A stretch of 64,000 nucleotides of DNA from Eubacteriales bacterium. Its GTDB lineage: Bacteria; Bacillota; Clostridia; Oscillospirales; CAG-272. Under the pieces are notes generated by a model. The model was not told where the DNA came from. It did no database searches and saw only the letters and a program-made list of their open reading frames with translations. Location of the stretch: positions 594-64,593 of the forward strand of contig JAZREL010000076.1 of NCBI GenBank assembly GCA_045660785.1. The letters run 5' to 3'. The stretch's first letter is position 1; each line of letters opens with the position of its first letter. Position numbers and translations under genes: made by a program. Positions 35,329 through 45,288 of this stretch are shown here, one piece after another.

Positions 35329-36765
35329 ATGGCTAACGATAAGAAAATGGTAGAGCAAATTACGTCAATGGACGTAGATTTTGCAAAATGGTACACCGAC
35401 GTAGTTAAAAAGGCAGACTTAATTGACTATTCAAGCGTAAAGGGCTGTATGATTATCCGTCCTTACGGTTATGCAATTTGGGAAAATATTCAAAAGCTTC
35501 TCGATGCAAGATTTAAAAAAACAGGCGTAGAAAACATCTATATGCCTATGTTCATTCCCGAGTCACTTCTTCAAAAGGAAAAGGACCACGTTGAGGGCTT
35601 TGCACCCGAGGTTGCTTGGGTTACACACGGCGGCACTGAGCCACTTACTGAGCGTCTTTGTGTTCGTCCAACGTCAGAAACTCTTTTCTGTGAGCATTAT
35701 GCAAACATCATTCGCTCATACAGAGATTTGCCAAAGCTTTACAACCAATGGTGCAGCGTTGTAAGATGGGAAAAAACAACCCGTCCGTTCCTCCGCTCAC
35801 GTGAGTTCCTTTGGCAAGAGGGTCACACAATGCACGCAACAGCAGAGGATGCAGAAAACGAAACGCTTCAAATGCTTAACGTATATGCAGACTTCTTTGA
35901 AAAGGATCTCGGCATCCCTGTTTTGAAGGGTAGAAAGACCGACAAGGAAAAGTTTGCAGGCGCAAATGCAACCTACACCGTTGAAGCTCTTATGCACGAC
36001 GGTAAGGCACTTCAGGGCGGCACAAGCCATAACTTCGGTGACGGCTTCGCTAAAGCGTTCGATATTCAGTATCTTGATAAGGACAATACCTTGAAATACT
36101 GTCACCAAACCTCTTGGGGCGTGTCAACAAGAATTATCGGTGCGATAATTATGACCCACGGCGATGATAACGGTCTTGTTTTACCGCCAAGCGTTGCTCC
36201 AATTCAGGTTGTTGTTATTCCTTGTGCTCAGCATAAGCCGGGCGTAATCGAAAAGGCAACGGAGGTTATGGAAAGAGTAAACAATTTTGCAAGAGCTAAG
36301 ATTGATATTTCCGATAACTCACCGGGATGGAAGTACGCCGAGTATGAAATGAAGGGCGTTCCGCTCCGTCTTGAAATCGGCCCACGCGACATTGAAAATA
36401 ACCAATGCGTTTTGGTTCGCCGTGACTCAAGAGAAAAGATTTTCGTTTCTCTTGACGAGCTTGAAACAAAAATCCCCGAAATTCTTTCCGACATCACCGC
36501 AGGACTTTACAACAAAGCCGCTGAAAACAGAAAAAATCGCACCTATACGGAAACCGAGCTTGACAGCTTTATCAAGACAGCTTCCGAAAAGTCGGGCTAC
36601 ATCAAGGCACATTGGTGCGGAGAGCTTGAATGTGAGCTTAAGCTTAAGGAGCTTGCAGACGTTACCTCACGTTGTATGCCGCTTGACGAGCAGGGCACAA
36701 AGGGCAAATGCGTATGCTGCGGCAAGGAAACCGACAAGCTCGTATACTGGGGCAAGGCATATTAA
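35329..36765 (+). CDS. proS: Proline--tRNA ligase (archaeal/eukaryote-like type without an editing insertion)
   Basis: 478 aa with class II motifs and a C-terminal zinc-binding-type extension (CxxC...YWGKAY). The start ATG 35329 lies behind a GAGG RBS. Confidence 0.94.
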   Translation: MANDKKMVEQITSMDVDFAKWYTDVVKKADLIDYSSVKGCMIIRPYGYAIWENIQKLLDARFKKTGVENIYMPMFIPESLLQKEKDHVEGFAPEVAWVTHGGTEPLTERLCVRPTSETLFCEHYANIIRSYRDLPKLYNQWCSVVRWEKTTRPFLRSREFLWQEGHTMHATAEDAENETLQMLNVYADFFEKDLGIPVLKGRKTDKEKFAGANATYTVEALMHDGKALQGGTSHNFGDGFAKAFDIQYLDKDNTLKYCHQTSWGVSTRIIGAIIMTHGDDNGLVLPPSVAPIQVVVIPCAQHKPGVIEKATEVMERVNNFARAKIDISDNSPGWKYAEYEMKGVPLRLEIGPRDIENNQCVLVRRDSREKIFVSLDELETKIPEILSDITAGLYNKAAENRKNRTYTETELDSFIKTASEKSGYIKAHWCGELECELKLKELADVTSRCMPLDEQGTKGKCVCCGKETDKLVYWGKAY

Positions 36766-36822
36766 TCCGCTTTAGCCGCAAATTACTTAATTTAGTTTAT
36801 ATTATTTTGGAGGAAACCAATT

Positions 36823-38172
36823 ATGTTTAAAAATCAATATCTTAATGAGCTCATGGAAAGAGTAGTAAAAAGAAACCAAAATGAGCCCGAATTTCACCAA
36901 ACAGTAGAAGAGGTTCTTGCTTCAATCGAGCCCGTTATCGAAGCTCGTCCCGAGTACATCACAAGCGGTGTTCTTGAAAGAATGGTAGAGCCCGAAAGAA
37001 TTATCAAGTTCAGAGTTCCGTGGGTTGACGACAGCGGCAAGGTTCAAGTTAACCGTGGCTTCAGAATTCAGTTCAACAGCGCAATAGGCCCATACAAGGG
37101 AGGACTTCGCTTCCACCCATCAGTTTACGAGGGAATTATTAAGTTCCTCGGCTTCGAGCAAACCTTTAAGAACAGCTTGACCTCGCTCCCAATGGGCGGC
37201 GGTAAGGGCGGCTCCGACTTTGACCCACAGGGCAAGAGCGATGCAGAGGTTATGCGCTTCTGCCAAAGCTTTATGACAGAGCTTTCACGTCACATCGGCG
37301 CAGACCTTGACGTTCCTGCAGGCGATATCGGCGTTGGCGCAAGAGAGGTTGGCTATATGTTCGGTCAATACAAGAGACTCCGTAACGAGTTTACAGGCGT
37401 TTTGACAGGTAAGGGCATCTCCTACGGCGGCTCACTTATCCGTCCTGAGGCAACCGGCTACGGCGCAGTTTACTACACAGACAATATGCTTAACTACTTC
37501 AAGGATTCAATCGCTGGCAAGACCTTCGTTGTTTCCGGCTTCGGTAACGTTGCTTGGGGCGCAGTTAAGAAGATTAACGAGCTTGGCGGTAAGGTTGTTA
37601 CAATCTCAGGTCCTGACGGATATATCTACGACGAAAACGGCATCTCAACCGAGGAAAAAATCAACTTTATGCTCGAAATGCGTGCTTCCTGCCGCAATAA
37701 GGTTCAAGATTATGCTGACAAGTTCGGCGTTCCTTTCTTCGCAGGAAAGAAGCCATGGGGCGTAAAGGCAGACATTTTAATGCCTTGTGCAACACAAAAC
37801 GAGGTTGGCATCAAGGAAGCTGAAGAAATCGTAGCAAACGGCGTTAAGTACTACGTTGAGGTTTCAAATATGCCAACTACAAACGAGGCAGTTGCATACC
37901 TCAAATCAAACGGCGTAATAGTTGCTCCTTCAAAGGCAGTTAACGCAGGCGGCGTTGCAGTTTCAGGCCTTGAAATGTCACAAAACTCAATGCGTTACAG
38001 CTGGAGCGCTGAGGAGGTTGACCAAAAGCTCAAGGGTATTATGAAGAATATTTTTGAAAACTCAATCAAGGCAGCAAACAAGTACGGTCTTGGTGATGCC
38101 CTCGTTGCAGGTGCAAACATCGCGGGCTTTATCAAGGTTGCTGTCGCTATGCTCGCTCAAGGCGTGGTATAA
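36823..38172 (+). CDS. gdhA: NADP-specific glutamate dehydrogenase
   Basis: 449 aa. The LPMGGGKGG active-site motif and the GFGNVAWG dinucleotide fold are present. Confidence 0.96.
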   Translation: MFKNQYLNELMERVVKRNQNEPEFHQTVEEVLASIEPVIEARPEYITSGVLERMVEPERIIKFRVPWVDDSGKVQVNRGFRIQFNSAIGPYKGGLRFHPSVYEGIIKFLGFEQTFKNSLTSLPMGGGKGGSDFDPQGKSDAEVMRFCQSFMTELSRHIGADLDVPAGDIGVGAREVGYMFGQYKRLRNEFTGVLTGKGISYGGSLIRPEATGYGAVYYTDNMLNYFKDSIAGKTFVVSGFGNVAWGAVKKINELGGKVVTISGPDGYIYDENGISTEEKINFMLEMRASCRNKVQDYADKFGVPFFAGKKPWGVKADILMPCATQNEVGIKEAEEIVANGVKYYVEVSNMPTTNEAVAYLKSNGVIVAPSKAVNAGGVAVSGLEMSQNSMRYSWSAEEVDQKLKGIMKNIFENSIKAANKYGLGDALVAGANIAGFIKVAVAMLAQGVV

Positions 38173-38182
38173 TAACAATACT

Positions 38183-38228
38183 AAAAATGCAAAAAAATGC
38201 GACCCTGTGTCGCATTTTTGCATTTTTT
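38183..38228 (+). terminator. Intrinsic terminator after gdhA
   Basis: A long nested hairpin (atgcaaaaa-atgcgac / gtcgcat-ttttgcat) plus a T-run. Confidence 0.8.
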
Positions 38229-38326
38229 GGGGTAAAAAACGCGCACAAAAAATGGAGCTTGTGGAAACGTTAACCGAAAATTCACACACATATTATAAAT
38301 ATATACAAAATTTTCTCAATATTATA

Positions 38327-38355
38327 TTGATTTTTGTGCAAGCGTATGATATAAT
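38327..38355 (+). promoter_or_regulatory. Sigma-A promoter (TTGATT-17-TATAAT, extended -10 TG)
   Basis: Read directly from the sequence, upstream of the solute-binding protein gene. Confidence 0.6.
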
Positions 38356-38393
38356 ATTTCCAGCGAATAATGTATTCTTATAGGAGGTAAGTA

Positions 38394-40034
38394 ATGAAAA
38401 AGAAGATTTTCGCATTATTGCTTGCGGTTTTAATGCTCGTTCCTTTTGTAGTTGCTTGCGGTGGTGACACAAACACAAACACCGAAACAAATACAAATTC
38501 TGAAACGAACACAGACACCGGTTCAGGTGACACAAATGATACTGAGACCGGCGATACAACAACCGATACAAGCATACCTACCGACACTTCAACAGGCGGA
38601 ACAACCGTTGAAAAGGTAGACACAGAAAAAGACAAATCCCAAAAGTGGAGCGGTCAAACTCTTGACTGTATCGCAGGCGGCTGGGGCGGCGACGCTTACG
38701 GCAAGGCAGGCGCGTGGTCACAACCTGAGCTTTACGTAAAGGAAGCATATCAGGAGGGTAACCTCGGTCAAATTGTTAACACAGCAGTTTGGGCAAGACA
38801 AAACCAAATCAAGAGCATTTACGGTGTAACAATGGTATGGCACCAAGCAAAGAGCAATACAACTATGCAAAACGAGCTTCAAACAGGTCTTGAGGCAGGT
38901 GCTGCAAAGTTCCATATTGCTACTCCACGTGCATACGAAACACAGTCACTTATCGCTGCAGAAACAGTTTATGACCTTGCAAACAGCAAGTACATTGACT
39001 TAACAAAGTCATACTACAACCAAGCGGCAGTAGATTCATTCTCAGTTTACGGTCACACATTCTTCGTTGCAGGTGACTTCAGCTACCTTGACGAATACAC
39101 ATCATTCGTTATGTTCTACAACCAAGCTATTTCTGCAAAGTTCCCAACCTTTGGTAACCTCTATAACACAGTTAGAAATGGTAGATGGACTCTTGCTGAG
39201 CTTTCAAAGAAGGGCGCACTCGTTGGCTCTGACGATAACGGCGAAACCGGCTATCAAGATACAGATACATACGGCTTTGGTACAACAGGTATGGCTGGCT
39301 TCTTCCAAGCAAGCGGCATCAACCAGGTTTCTGTTGATAAGTCCTCAGGCGACCCAAGCCAATACAAGTATCACATCACACTTAACGATCCTAACGTTGC
39401 TGACCTTGTTACACAGCTTGCAAACATCAAGTCCTCTACATGGGCAAGAACAAGCTGGGACGGCGGATACGGCGCAATGCTCCAATCCTTCACAGGCGGC
39501 AAGCTTCTTTTCTATGAAGAAGTAGTACAAAAGATTTTCGAGTTCCCTGAGCAGTCTGAAACCTTCAAGGTTGCTGTTCTTCCTTTGCCTAAGCAAAACA
39601 CAGACCAAGAAAGCTATTACACACCATTCGCTTCACAAGCAACTGTAATGTGCATTCCTAAGGCATCACTCGACAGAGAAATGTCTGAATACTTCTTCGA
39701 CGTTCTTTCATGGACAGGTCAAAAATTCGTTATGGCTGCATTCTATGAAGAAATGGAATCACGTCTTTACGATGACGGCAACACATCAAGAGAGGATGCT
39801 CTTGAAATGCTCACAGACTACGTGCTTAAGAGCCTTACATATGACCAAGGTTATATGCACGAGGCAATGGGTATGAAGTTTATGTCATACGTACAAAGCG
39901 AAACAATCGCAGGTGCAACAGCTTCCTCATCACCTTTCACAACCCTTTACTCTGAGGCGTTTAACGATGCAAACAAGATGTTGAACGATGAAAAGACAGG
40001 TTGGAACACCAACGCAAAGAATTATAGGGACTAA
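38394..40034 (+). CDS. Extracellular solute-binding lipoprotein (large carbohydrate ABC SBP type), orphan
   Basis: 546 aa. Lipobox VVACGG, a T/N/D-rich linker, then an SBP-like body. No permease genes are adjacent. Confidence 0.75.
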   Translation: MKKKIFALLLAVLMLVPFVVACGGDTNTNTETNTNSETNTDTGSGDTNDTETGDTTTDTSIPTDTSTGGTTVEKVDTEKDKSQKWSGQTLDCIAGGWGGDAYGKAGAWSQPELYVKEAYQEGNLGQIVNTAVWARQNQIKSIYGVTMVWHQAKSNTTMQNELQTGLEAGAAKFHIATPRAYETQSLIAAETVYDLANSKYIDLTKSYYNQAAVDSFSVYGHTFFVAGDFSYLDEYTSFVMFYNQAISAKFPTFGNLYNTVRNGRWTLAELSKKGALVGSDDNGETGYQDTDTYGFGTTGMAGFFQASGINQVSVDKSSGDPSQYKYHITLNDPNVADLVTQLANIKSSTWARTSWDGGYGAMLQSFTGGKLLFYEEVVQKIFEFPEQSETFKVAVLPLPKQNTDQESYYTPFASQATVMCIPKASLDREMSEYFFDVLSWTGQKFVMAAFYEEMESRLYDDGNTSREDALEMLTDYVLKSLTYDQGYMHEAMGMKFMSYVQSETIAGATASSSPFTTLYSEAFNDANKMLNDEKTGWNTNAKNYRD

Positions 40035-40048
40035 TTTCCCATATCTAT

Positions 40049-40080
40049 AAAAGACAGCACCTCGGTGCTGTCTTTTTCTT
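40049..40080 (+). terminator. Intrinsic terminator
   Basis: A 9-bp stem agacagcac/gtgctgtct plus a T-run. Confidence 0.85.
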
Positions 40081-40157
40081 TAAAATAAAACTTCTTTGTT
40101 GAAAAATCTCTACTTATATGTTATACTTTATATATACAAAATACAGTGAGGAATATT

Positions 40158-42341
40158 ATGGCAATTTTAGTAAACGGTGATAAAATTTTCACCATAAATA
40201 CCAAAAACACTACGTACCAGATGCACGTGGATGAAAATGGCATTCTTTTGCACTCATATTACGGCACAAAAATGGAGTACAGCGACCTTTCCTACGCAGG
40301 ATATAAGAAGGGATGGGGCGCATCCTTTTCGGGAAACATCCGCGATACAAGCTATTCGCACAACCATAGTAATGAGGAGCTTTCCGTTTTCGGCTTGGGC
40401 GATTTCCGCTTAACTGCCTTAGCGCTTGTAAATCACGATGGCTCAACGGGATGTGAGCCGATTTATCATAGCCACAAAATAGTCAAAGGAAAGTATGGAA
40501 TTAAGGGCTTGCCCGCGTTTTACGGCGACGAGGGCGAAACACTTGTAATCACCTTGAAGGACAAGGCATACGATATTTATTTCCATATGTACTACGGCGT
40601 TTTGCCCGAATACGACCTTATTACCAAGGCACTCGTTATAGAAAACAAAACTGAGGCGCAAATTAAGCTGAAAAAGGCACTTTCATTAACTCTTGATATG
40701 CCAACGGGCACTTACGATATGCTTCACTTTTACGGTGCGCATATGCGTGAAAGACAGCTTGAAAGGACGAGAATTTCACACCTTGCCTCAAGCGTGACAA
40801 GCGTGCGCGGCGCGTCAGGCCATACACAAAACCCATTCGTTATAGTTTGCGATAAGGATGCGGGCGAAACACACGGTAGGGCTTACGGCATTGCACTTGT
40901 GTATAGCGGAAACTTCGTTATTTCCTGCGAGGTTGAACAGCACGAAAGAACAAGAGTAGTGGCAGGCATCAACCCTGAGGGATTTGAATATACGCTTGAT
41001 GCGGGCGATACCTTTGAAACACCCGAGGTTGCACTCGTTTACAGTGGCGAGGGCTTCGGCAAAATTTCAAACAACTTTCACGATGCAATAAGAAATAACC
41101 TTTGCCGCGGCAAATTCAAAAACGCGCGCCGCCCCGTGCTTATCAACAACTGGGAAGCAACGTATTTCGATTTTAATGCGGATAAATTGGTTGCAATGGC
41201 AAAGGATGCCGCCGCTATCGGCGTTGAGCTTCTCGTTATGGACGACGGATGGTTCGGACACAGAGATGATGACAAAACCTCACTCGGCGATTGGTTTGTA
41301 AATGAGAAAAAGCTCCAAGGCACACTGCCCGAGCTTGTTAAGCGTGTAAACGATGAGGGTCTTAAATTCGGCATTTGGTTCGAGCCCGAGTGCATTTCCG
41401 AGGACAGTGAGCTGTTTAGAAGCCACCCCGACTACCGCTTTGCAATTCCAAACCGTGACCCGCAGCTCTCACGTAACCAATTCGTGCTTGATATGACCCG
41501 CAAAGAGGTGCGCGACAATATTTACGACCAAATGGTGAAGGTTCTAAATAGTGCCAATATCGCATACGTAAAGTGGGATTTCAATAGACACTTGAGCGAT
41601 TTATACAGTGCCGCAATACCAAGTGAGCGCCAAGGCGAAATATATCATAGATATATGCTCGGCGTTTACGAGCTTCTTGAAAGAGTGACAAGCACGTTCC
41701 CCGATATTTTATTTGAAAGCTGCTCAGGCGGTGGCGGACGCTTCGACTGCGGTATGCTTTACTATATGCCACAGGTTTGGACAAGCGATAACTCCGATGC
41801 TATCGACCGATTAAAAATTCAATACGGCACGTCCTTTGCATACCCTGTAAGAACAATGGGCGCACACGTTTCAGTATGCCCGAACCACGGTAATGCAAGA
41901 GTAACTCCGCTAAGTACCCGTGGAAACGTTGCATATTTCGGCACCTACGGCTTAGAGCTTGATATTACAAAGATGACAGACGAAGAGAAGCTTGAAATTA
42001 AGCGCCAAATCGTTGAATTTAAGAAGTATTATGACTTAATTCAGTTCGGTGATTATTATAGACTTATCTCACCGTTCACCCCTGAGGAAAGCCGCTACTG
42101 CGCTTGGCAGGTTGTTTCCAAGGACGGAAATGAAGCACTTGCTTGCACCGTTGCATATGAATCAAAATGCACCGTCGCACCTGAGCTTTTGCGCCTTCGC
42201 GGTCTGAACCCCGAAAAGCTTTATAGAGTAAACGGAAGCGAGGAAACCTACCTCGGCGCAGCGCTTATGAACATCGGCTTCTGGCTCGATTACGACCACG
42301 TTTCGTATCCGTCAAGATTGTATCACATCACACTCGCATAA
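40158..42341 (+). CDS. Alpha-galactosidase, GH36
   Basis: 727 aa. LLVMDDGWF and KWDFNR motifs plus the CSGGGGRFD catalytic region. The start ATG 40158 lies behind a GAGG RBS. Confidence 0.93.
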   Translation: MAILVNGDKIFTINTKNTTYQMHVDENGILLHSYYGTKMEYSDLSYAGYKKGWGASFSGNIRDTSYSHNHSNEELSVFGLGDFRLTALALVNHDGSTGCEPIYHSHKIVKGKYGIKGLPAFYGDEGETLVITLKDKAYDIYFHMYYGVLPEYDLITKALVIENKTEAQIKLKKALSLTLDMPTGTYDMLHFYGAHMRERQLERTRISHLASSVTSVRGASGHTQNPFVIVCDKDAGETHGRAYGIALVYSGNFVISCEVEQHERTRVVAGINPEGFEYTLDAGDTFETPEVALVYSGEGFGKISNNFHDAIRNNLCRGKFKNARRPVLINNWEATYFDFNADKLVAMAKDAAAIGVELLVMDDGWFGHRDDDKTSLGDWFVNEKKLQGTLPELVKRVNDEGLKFGIWFEPECISEDSELFRSHPDYRFAIPNRDPQLSRNQFVLDMTRKEVRDNIYDQMVKVLNSANIAYVKWDFNRHLSDLYSAAIPSERQGEIYHRYMLGVYELLERVTSTFPDILFESCSGGGGRFDCGMLYYMPQVWTSDNSDAIDRLKIQYGTSFAYPVRTMGAHVSVCPNHGNARVTPLSTRGNVAYFGTYGLELDITKMTDEEKLEIKRQIVEFKKYYDLIQFGDYYRLISPFTPEESRYCAWQVVSKDGNEALACTVAYESKCTVAPELLRLRGLNPEKLYRVNGSEETYLGAALMNIGFWLDYDHVSYPSRLYHITLA

Positions 42342-42362
42342 AAAGAACATACTAACATAAAG

Positions 42363-42390
42363 AAAATGCCAACCTTCGTTGGCATTTTTT
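42363..42390 (+). terminator. Intrinsic terminator
   Basis: aaaatgccaac/gttggcatttt hairpin plus a T-run. Confidence 0.85.
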
Positions 42391-42489
42391 AATGGGGGTG
42401 TGCAACAAGTAACACGGGCGTTGCAAGAACTTAAATTTGTTGCGTAACTTGGCTATACTATATTCAACAACAAAATTGGTGGTGTAGCT

Positions 42490-42723
42490 ATGAATAAGTA
42501 TGGAACAATCAATATTAAGCTAAAGCAACTCTTAGAAGAAAAAGGTCTTAGCAAAAACAAATTAAGCCATAGGGCTGAAATGGAGCGCACACAAATAAAC
42601 AATTACTGCAACAACAAAATCACCCGTCTTGACACGGATGTTTTGGCGCGCCTTTGCACAGCGCTCGAATGTGACCTTTCTGACCTTTTGGAATTTATTC
42701 CACCTAAAAAGGATGAGGAATAA
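42490..42723 (+). CDS. XRE-family helix-turn-helix transcriptional regulator
   Basis: 77 aa with the typical Cro/C1 HTH (LLEEKGLSKNKLSHRAEMERTQINNY). Confidence 0.88.
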   Translation: MNKYGTINIKLKQLLEEKGLSKNKLSHRAEMERTQINNYCNNKITRLDTDVLARLCTALECDLSDLLEFIPPKKDEE

Positions 42724-42724
42724 C

Positions 42725-42754
42725 AAAAAAGAGTGTTGAAAAACACTCTTTTTA
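42725..42754. terminator. Bidirectional terminator
   Basis: gagtgtt/aacactc stem flanked by A- and T-runs, between convergent genes. Confidence 0.8.
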
Positions 42755-42764
42755 AGTATAAGAT

Positions 42765-43700
42765 TTACTTATATATTTCTTCAAGTCTTTTATTAAATTC
42801 CTCTGCGGTATTGTAGCCCATTCTTTTTTGGCGCGCATTCATTGCCGCGATTTCAAGAACAACAGAGAGGTTTCTACCGGGGCAAACGGGAATTGTCATA
42901 GCAGGAATATCAATGCCGAGGATTGTAAAGGTTTCGTTGTCAAGACCCATACGGTCGTACGCCTTGCCCTCAATCCAATGCTCGAGCTTAACAACAAGCT
43001 GAATTTTTTCCGTTTCCTTTACCGCACCCATACCGAAAATACGGCGAATATCGACAATGCCGATGCCGCGAAGCTCGGAATAGTGTCTGATGATTTCAGG
43101 CGCCTTGCCGACCAAGGTTTTTTCTGAAACCTTGCTTATTTCAACGGCGTCGTCCGCAATCAAGCGGTGGCCTCTTTTGATAAGCTCAATTGCCGTTTCA
43201 CTCTTACCGATGCCGCTGTCACCGAGGATTAAAACACCCTCGCCGTAAACCTCAACCAAAACGCCGTGGCGTGTGATTGTGGGGGCAAGCTCAACGTTCA
43301 AGGTTGAAATAATGTTTGAAACAAAGCTGTTTGTCGCAACTGTCGTGCGAAGAAGCGGAATTGAAAATTCCTTTGACATTTCAACCATTTCTTGAAACGG
43401 CTCAATATCTCTTGCAAGCACGATGCAAACAGGAAGCTTTTCCATAAGCGCGCGAATTCTTTCGTAGCGAACGCTTGGCTCAAGCTGAGAAAGATATGCG
43501 GTTTCAACAAGACCGATAATTTGCATTCTCAGTGGGTCAAAATGGTCGAAAAATCCCGTAAGCGGTAATGCAGGACGGTGAATTTCCGCACGCGTAAGAA
43601 GAATTGAATCTATGTTTTCGGGCGCGTATATCGTTTCAAGGTTGAAATTTTTTATAATTTTAGTAAGTAAAACAGTTCTTAGTGAAGTGGTAGAATCCAT
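42765..43700 (-). CDS. hprK: HPr kinase/phosphorylase
   Basis: 311 aa. GDSGIGKSE P-loop and the LRGIGIVDIRRIFG signature. Confidence 0.96.
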   Translation of the reverse strand: MDSTTSLRTVLLTKIIKNFNLETIYAPENIDSILLTRAEIHRPALPLTGFFDHFDPLRMQIIGLVETAYLSQLEPSVRYERIRALMEKLPVCIVLARDIEPFQEMVEMSKEFSIPLLRTTVATNSFVSNIISTLNVELAPTITRHGVLVEVYGEGVLILGDSGIGKSETAIELIKRGHRLIADDAVEISKVSEKTLVGKAPEIIRHYSELRGIGIVDIRRIFGMGAVKETEKIQLVVKLEHWIEGKAYDRMGLDNETFTILGIDIPAMTIPVCPGRNLSVVLEIAAMNARQKRMGYNTAEEFNKRLEEIYK

Positions 43701-43778
43701 GTTACTCTCCTTTTTAGATATTATAAAATTATTTTAACATATCACACTCAAAAAAGCAATAAAGGAAAATAAAATAAT

Positions 43779-44639
43779 ATGAAAATCATTAAAAGAGAAG
43801 GACAAGGAAAAAGCGCCACTCTTTACGGCAACAAATTGAATATGCGCCGACACCTTGCTGCCAACGTGGATGCAGAAGAAAGCATGCAAGAGTTAAGCCG
43901 CAGAAAAATCTTAAGCGTTGAGCTTATAAGAATGGAAATGCCACACCCTGTGGACGTAATTGCGACAACCTACGAGGAAAAAAGCATAGTGTCAAGGGAG
44001 TATAAGGAGCTTTTTTCGCTAAGAACCGAAAACGAGCGCAAAAGAGACGAAAGGATTTTCAAAACCCTTGAAAAAATCCTAAACAAAAGAGATGTAAAAA
44101 CGTTAAAAGCAAGCTCTTTTATTACTGAAATTATAAAGCGGTTAACAAACGATGCAAGATATGCGTATAAGCAATTTCACAAGGCAAGCTCTGAAAACAC
44201 CGCGCACAGTGTCTATATTTACACGGTTTTGGCAATAGTTGTCGCAACCGTGTCAGCAATAAATGATATTGATTTTCATTCACCCGTGTCCGTTTCGATG
44301 ACGAAGGAGGGAAGGGTTTCAACGCTTATTTTCAAGGTTAACACGAAACGTCAAGATACGTTAAGAAAACGTCAAGACCTTATAAAAATTCCAAATCTTG
44401 AATCCAAGCTTGCGTATTTGTCCTCACTTTGCCGCGAGGATGAAATAAAAAGCACGGTAAAGTCAATTGGCACATCGGTAACCTTTGAATATAAAATCAA
44501 GGAAGCCCCGCCCGAAGCGCCTCGCGTTTACGCCAAGGAGGACGAAGAAAAGCTTATCTTTAATGAGCTTCTAAACGCATTTAATCCACCGTTATCGCCT
44601 GAGCTTGACGTGAATTTTGAAAATGAAAATTTCGACTGA
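43779..44639 (+). CDS. Hypothetical protein
   Basis: 286 aa with coding-like composition and no motif I can name. The C-terminal half has a faint alpha/beta look, which is not enough to assign a family. Confidence 0.5.
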   Translation: MKIIKREGQGKSATLYGNKLNMRRHLAANVDAEESMQELSRRKILSVELIRMEMPHPVDVIATTYEEKSIVSREYKELFSLRTENERKRDERIFKTLEKILNKRDVKTLKASSFITEIIKRLTNDARYAYKQFHKASSENTAHSVYIYTVLAIVVATVSAINDIDFHSPVSVSMTKEGRVSTLIFKVNTKRQDTLRKRQDLIKIPNLESKLAYLSSLCREDEIKSTVKSIGTSVTFEYKIKEAPPEAPRVYAKEDEEKLIFNELLNAFNPPLSPELDVNFENENFD

Positions 44640-44647
44640 TAATCAAC

Positions 44648-45274
44648 TCAAGAATATAAAAGCAGTAACGCCAAGGGCAAAAGCGCGCCCTTGGCGTCGC
44701 TTTTTCCATCTGCCAAAATAAGTATTATCACGGCAAGGAGCAAAAAGTCCTCGCCTTGAATTCCCTTCAAAATCTTATCTAAAAGCGTGCCAAGCTCACC
44801 CTTAAAATCCGCACCCTTTTCCTTTTTTTGCTCGGATTTTATTAAAGCTTCATTTTCTGTCGTTTTCTCAAAGGAATTCTTATGCGTGTAGCTGTCAGAC
44901 ATCTCGTTTTCTTTTTCTTCGTTGCAGGATTCGCAACCAAAATCAGAAAAATCCCCACGCTCGCTCGGTGCTTGCACGCTTGATTCGTATGAAAGCTCGT
45001 TTCCCTCTAAGGGGAAGCTATTATTTTTCTCTAAATAGCCGCCGTTAAAGTCAAGCTCTGCTTCAACGTCGTCAAGCTCCTGTTCATCTCGGCTGCTTAT
45101 TGTGCCTCTTTGAAGCTGTGCGCTTCTAAACGTGGGAGAAACGGAGGTTTTTGTGCTTGTGTAGGAAGGTGTGGGCTTGTGCGTTTTCATCTCCGTTGGC
45201 GGTGGGGAAAAATCGCGGAACCTAACGCCGCTGTAATTTTCGGGAATTTCCGTGCCCCTGTATCGTGTAAACAT
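44648..45274 (-). CDS. Hypothetical protein (acidic, disordered, with a C-terminal hydrophobic tail)
   Basis: 208 aa. N-terminal IPENYSG motif and a C-terminal LLLAVIILILADG...LLPLALLLLYS. It is third in a three-gene operon. Confidence 0.55.
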   Translation of the reverse strand: MFTRYRGTEIPENYSGVRFRDFSPPPTEMKTHKPTPSYTSTKTSVSPTFRSAQLQRGTISSRDEQELDDVEAELDFNGGYLEKNNSFPLEGNELSYESSVQAPSERGDFSDFGCESCNEEKENEMSDSYTHKNSFEKTTENEALIKSEQKKEKGADFKGELGTLLDKILKGIQGEDFLLLAVIILILADGKSDAKGALLPLALLLLYS

Positions 45275-45288
45275 ATTTCACCTCACAC

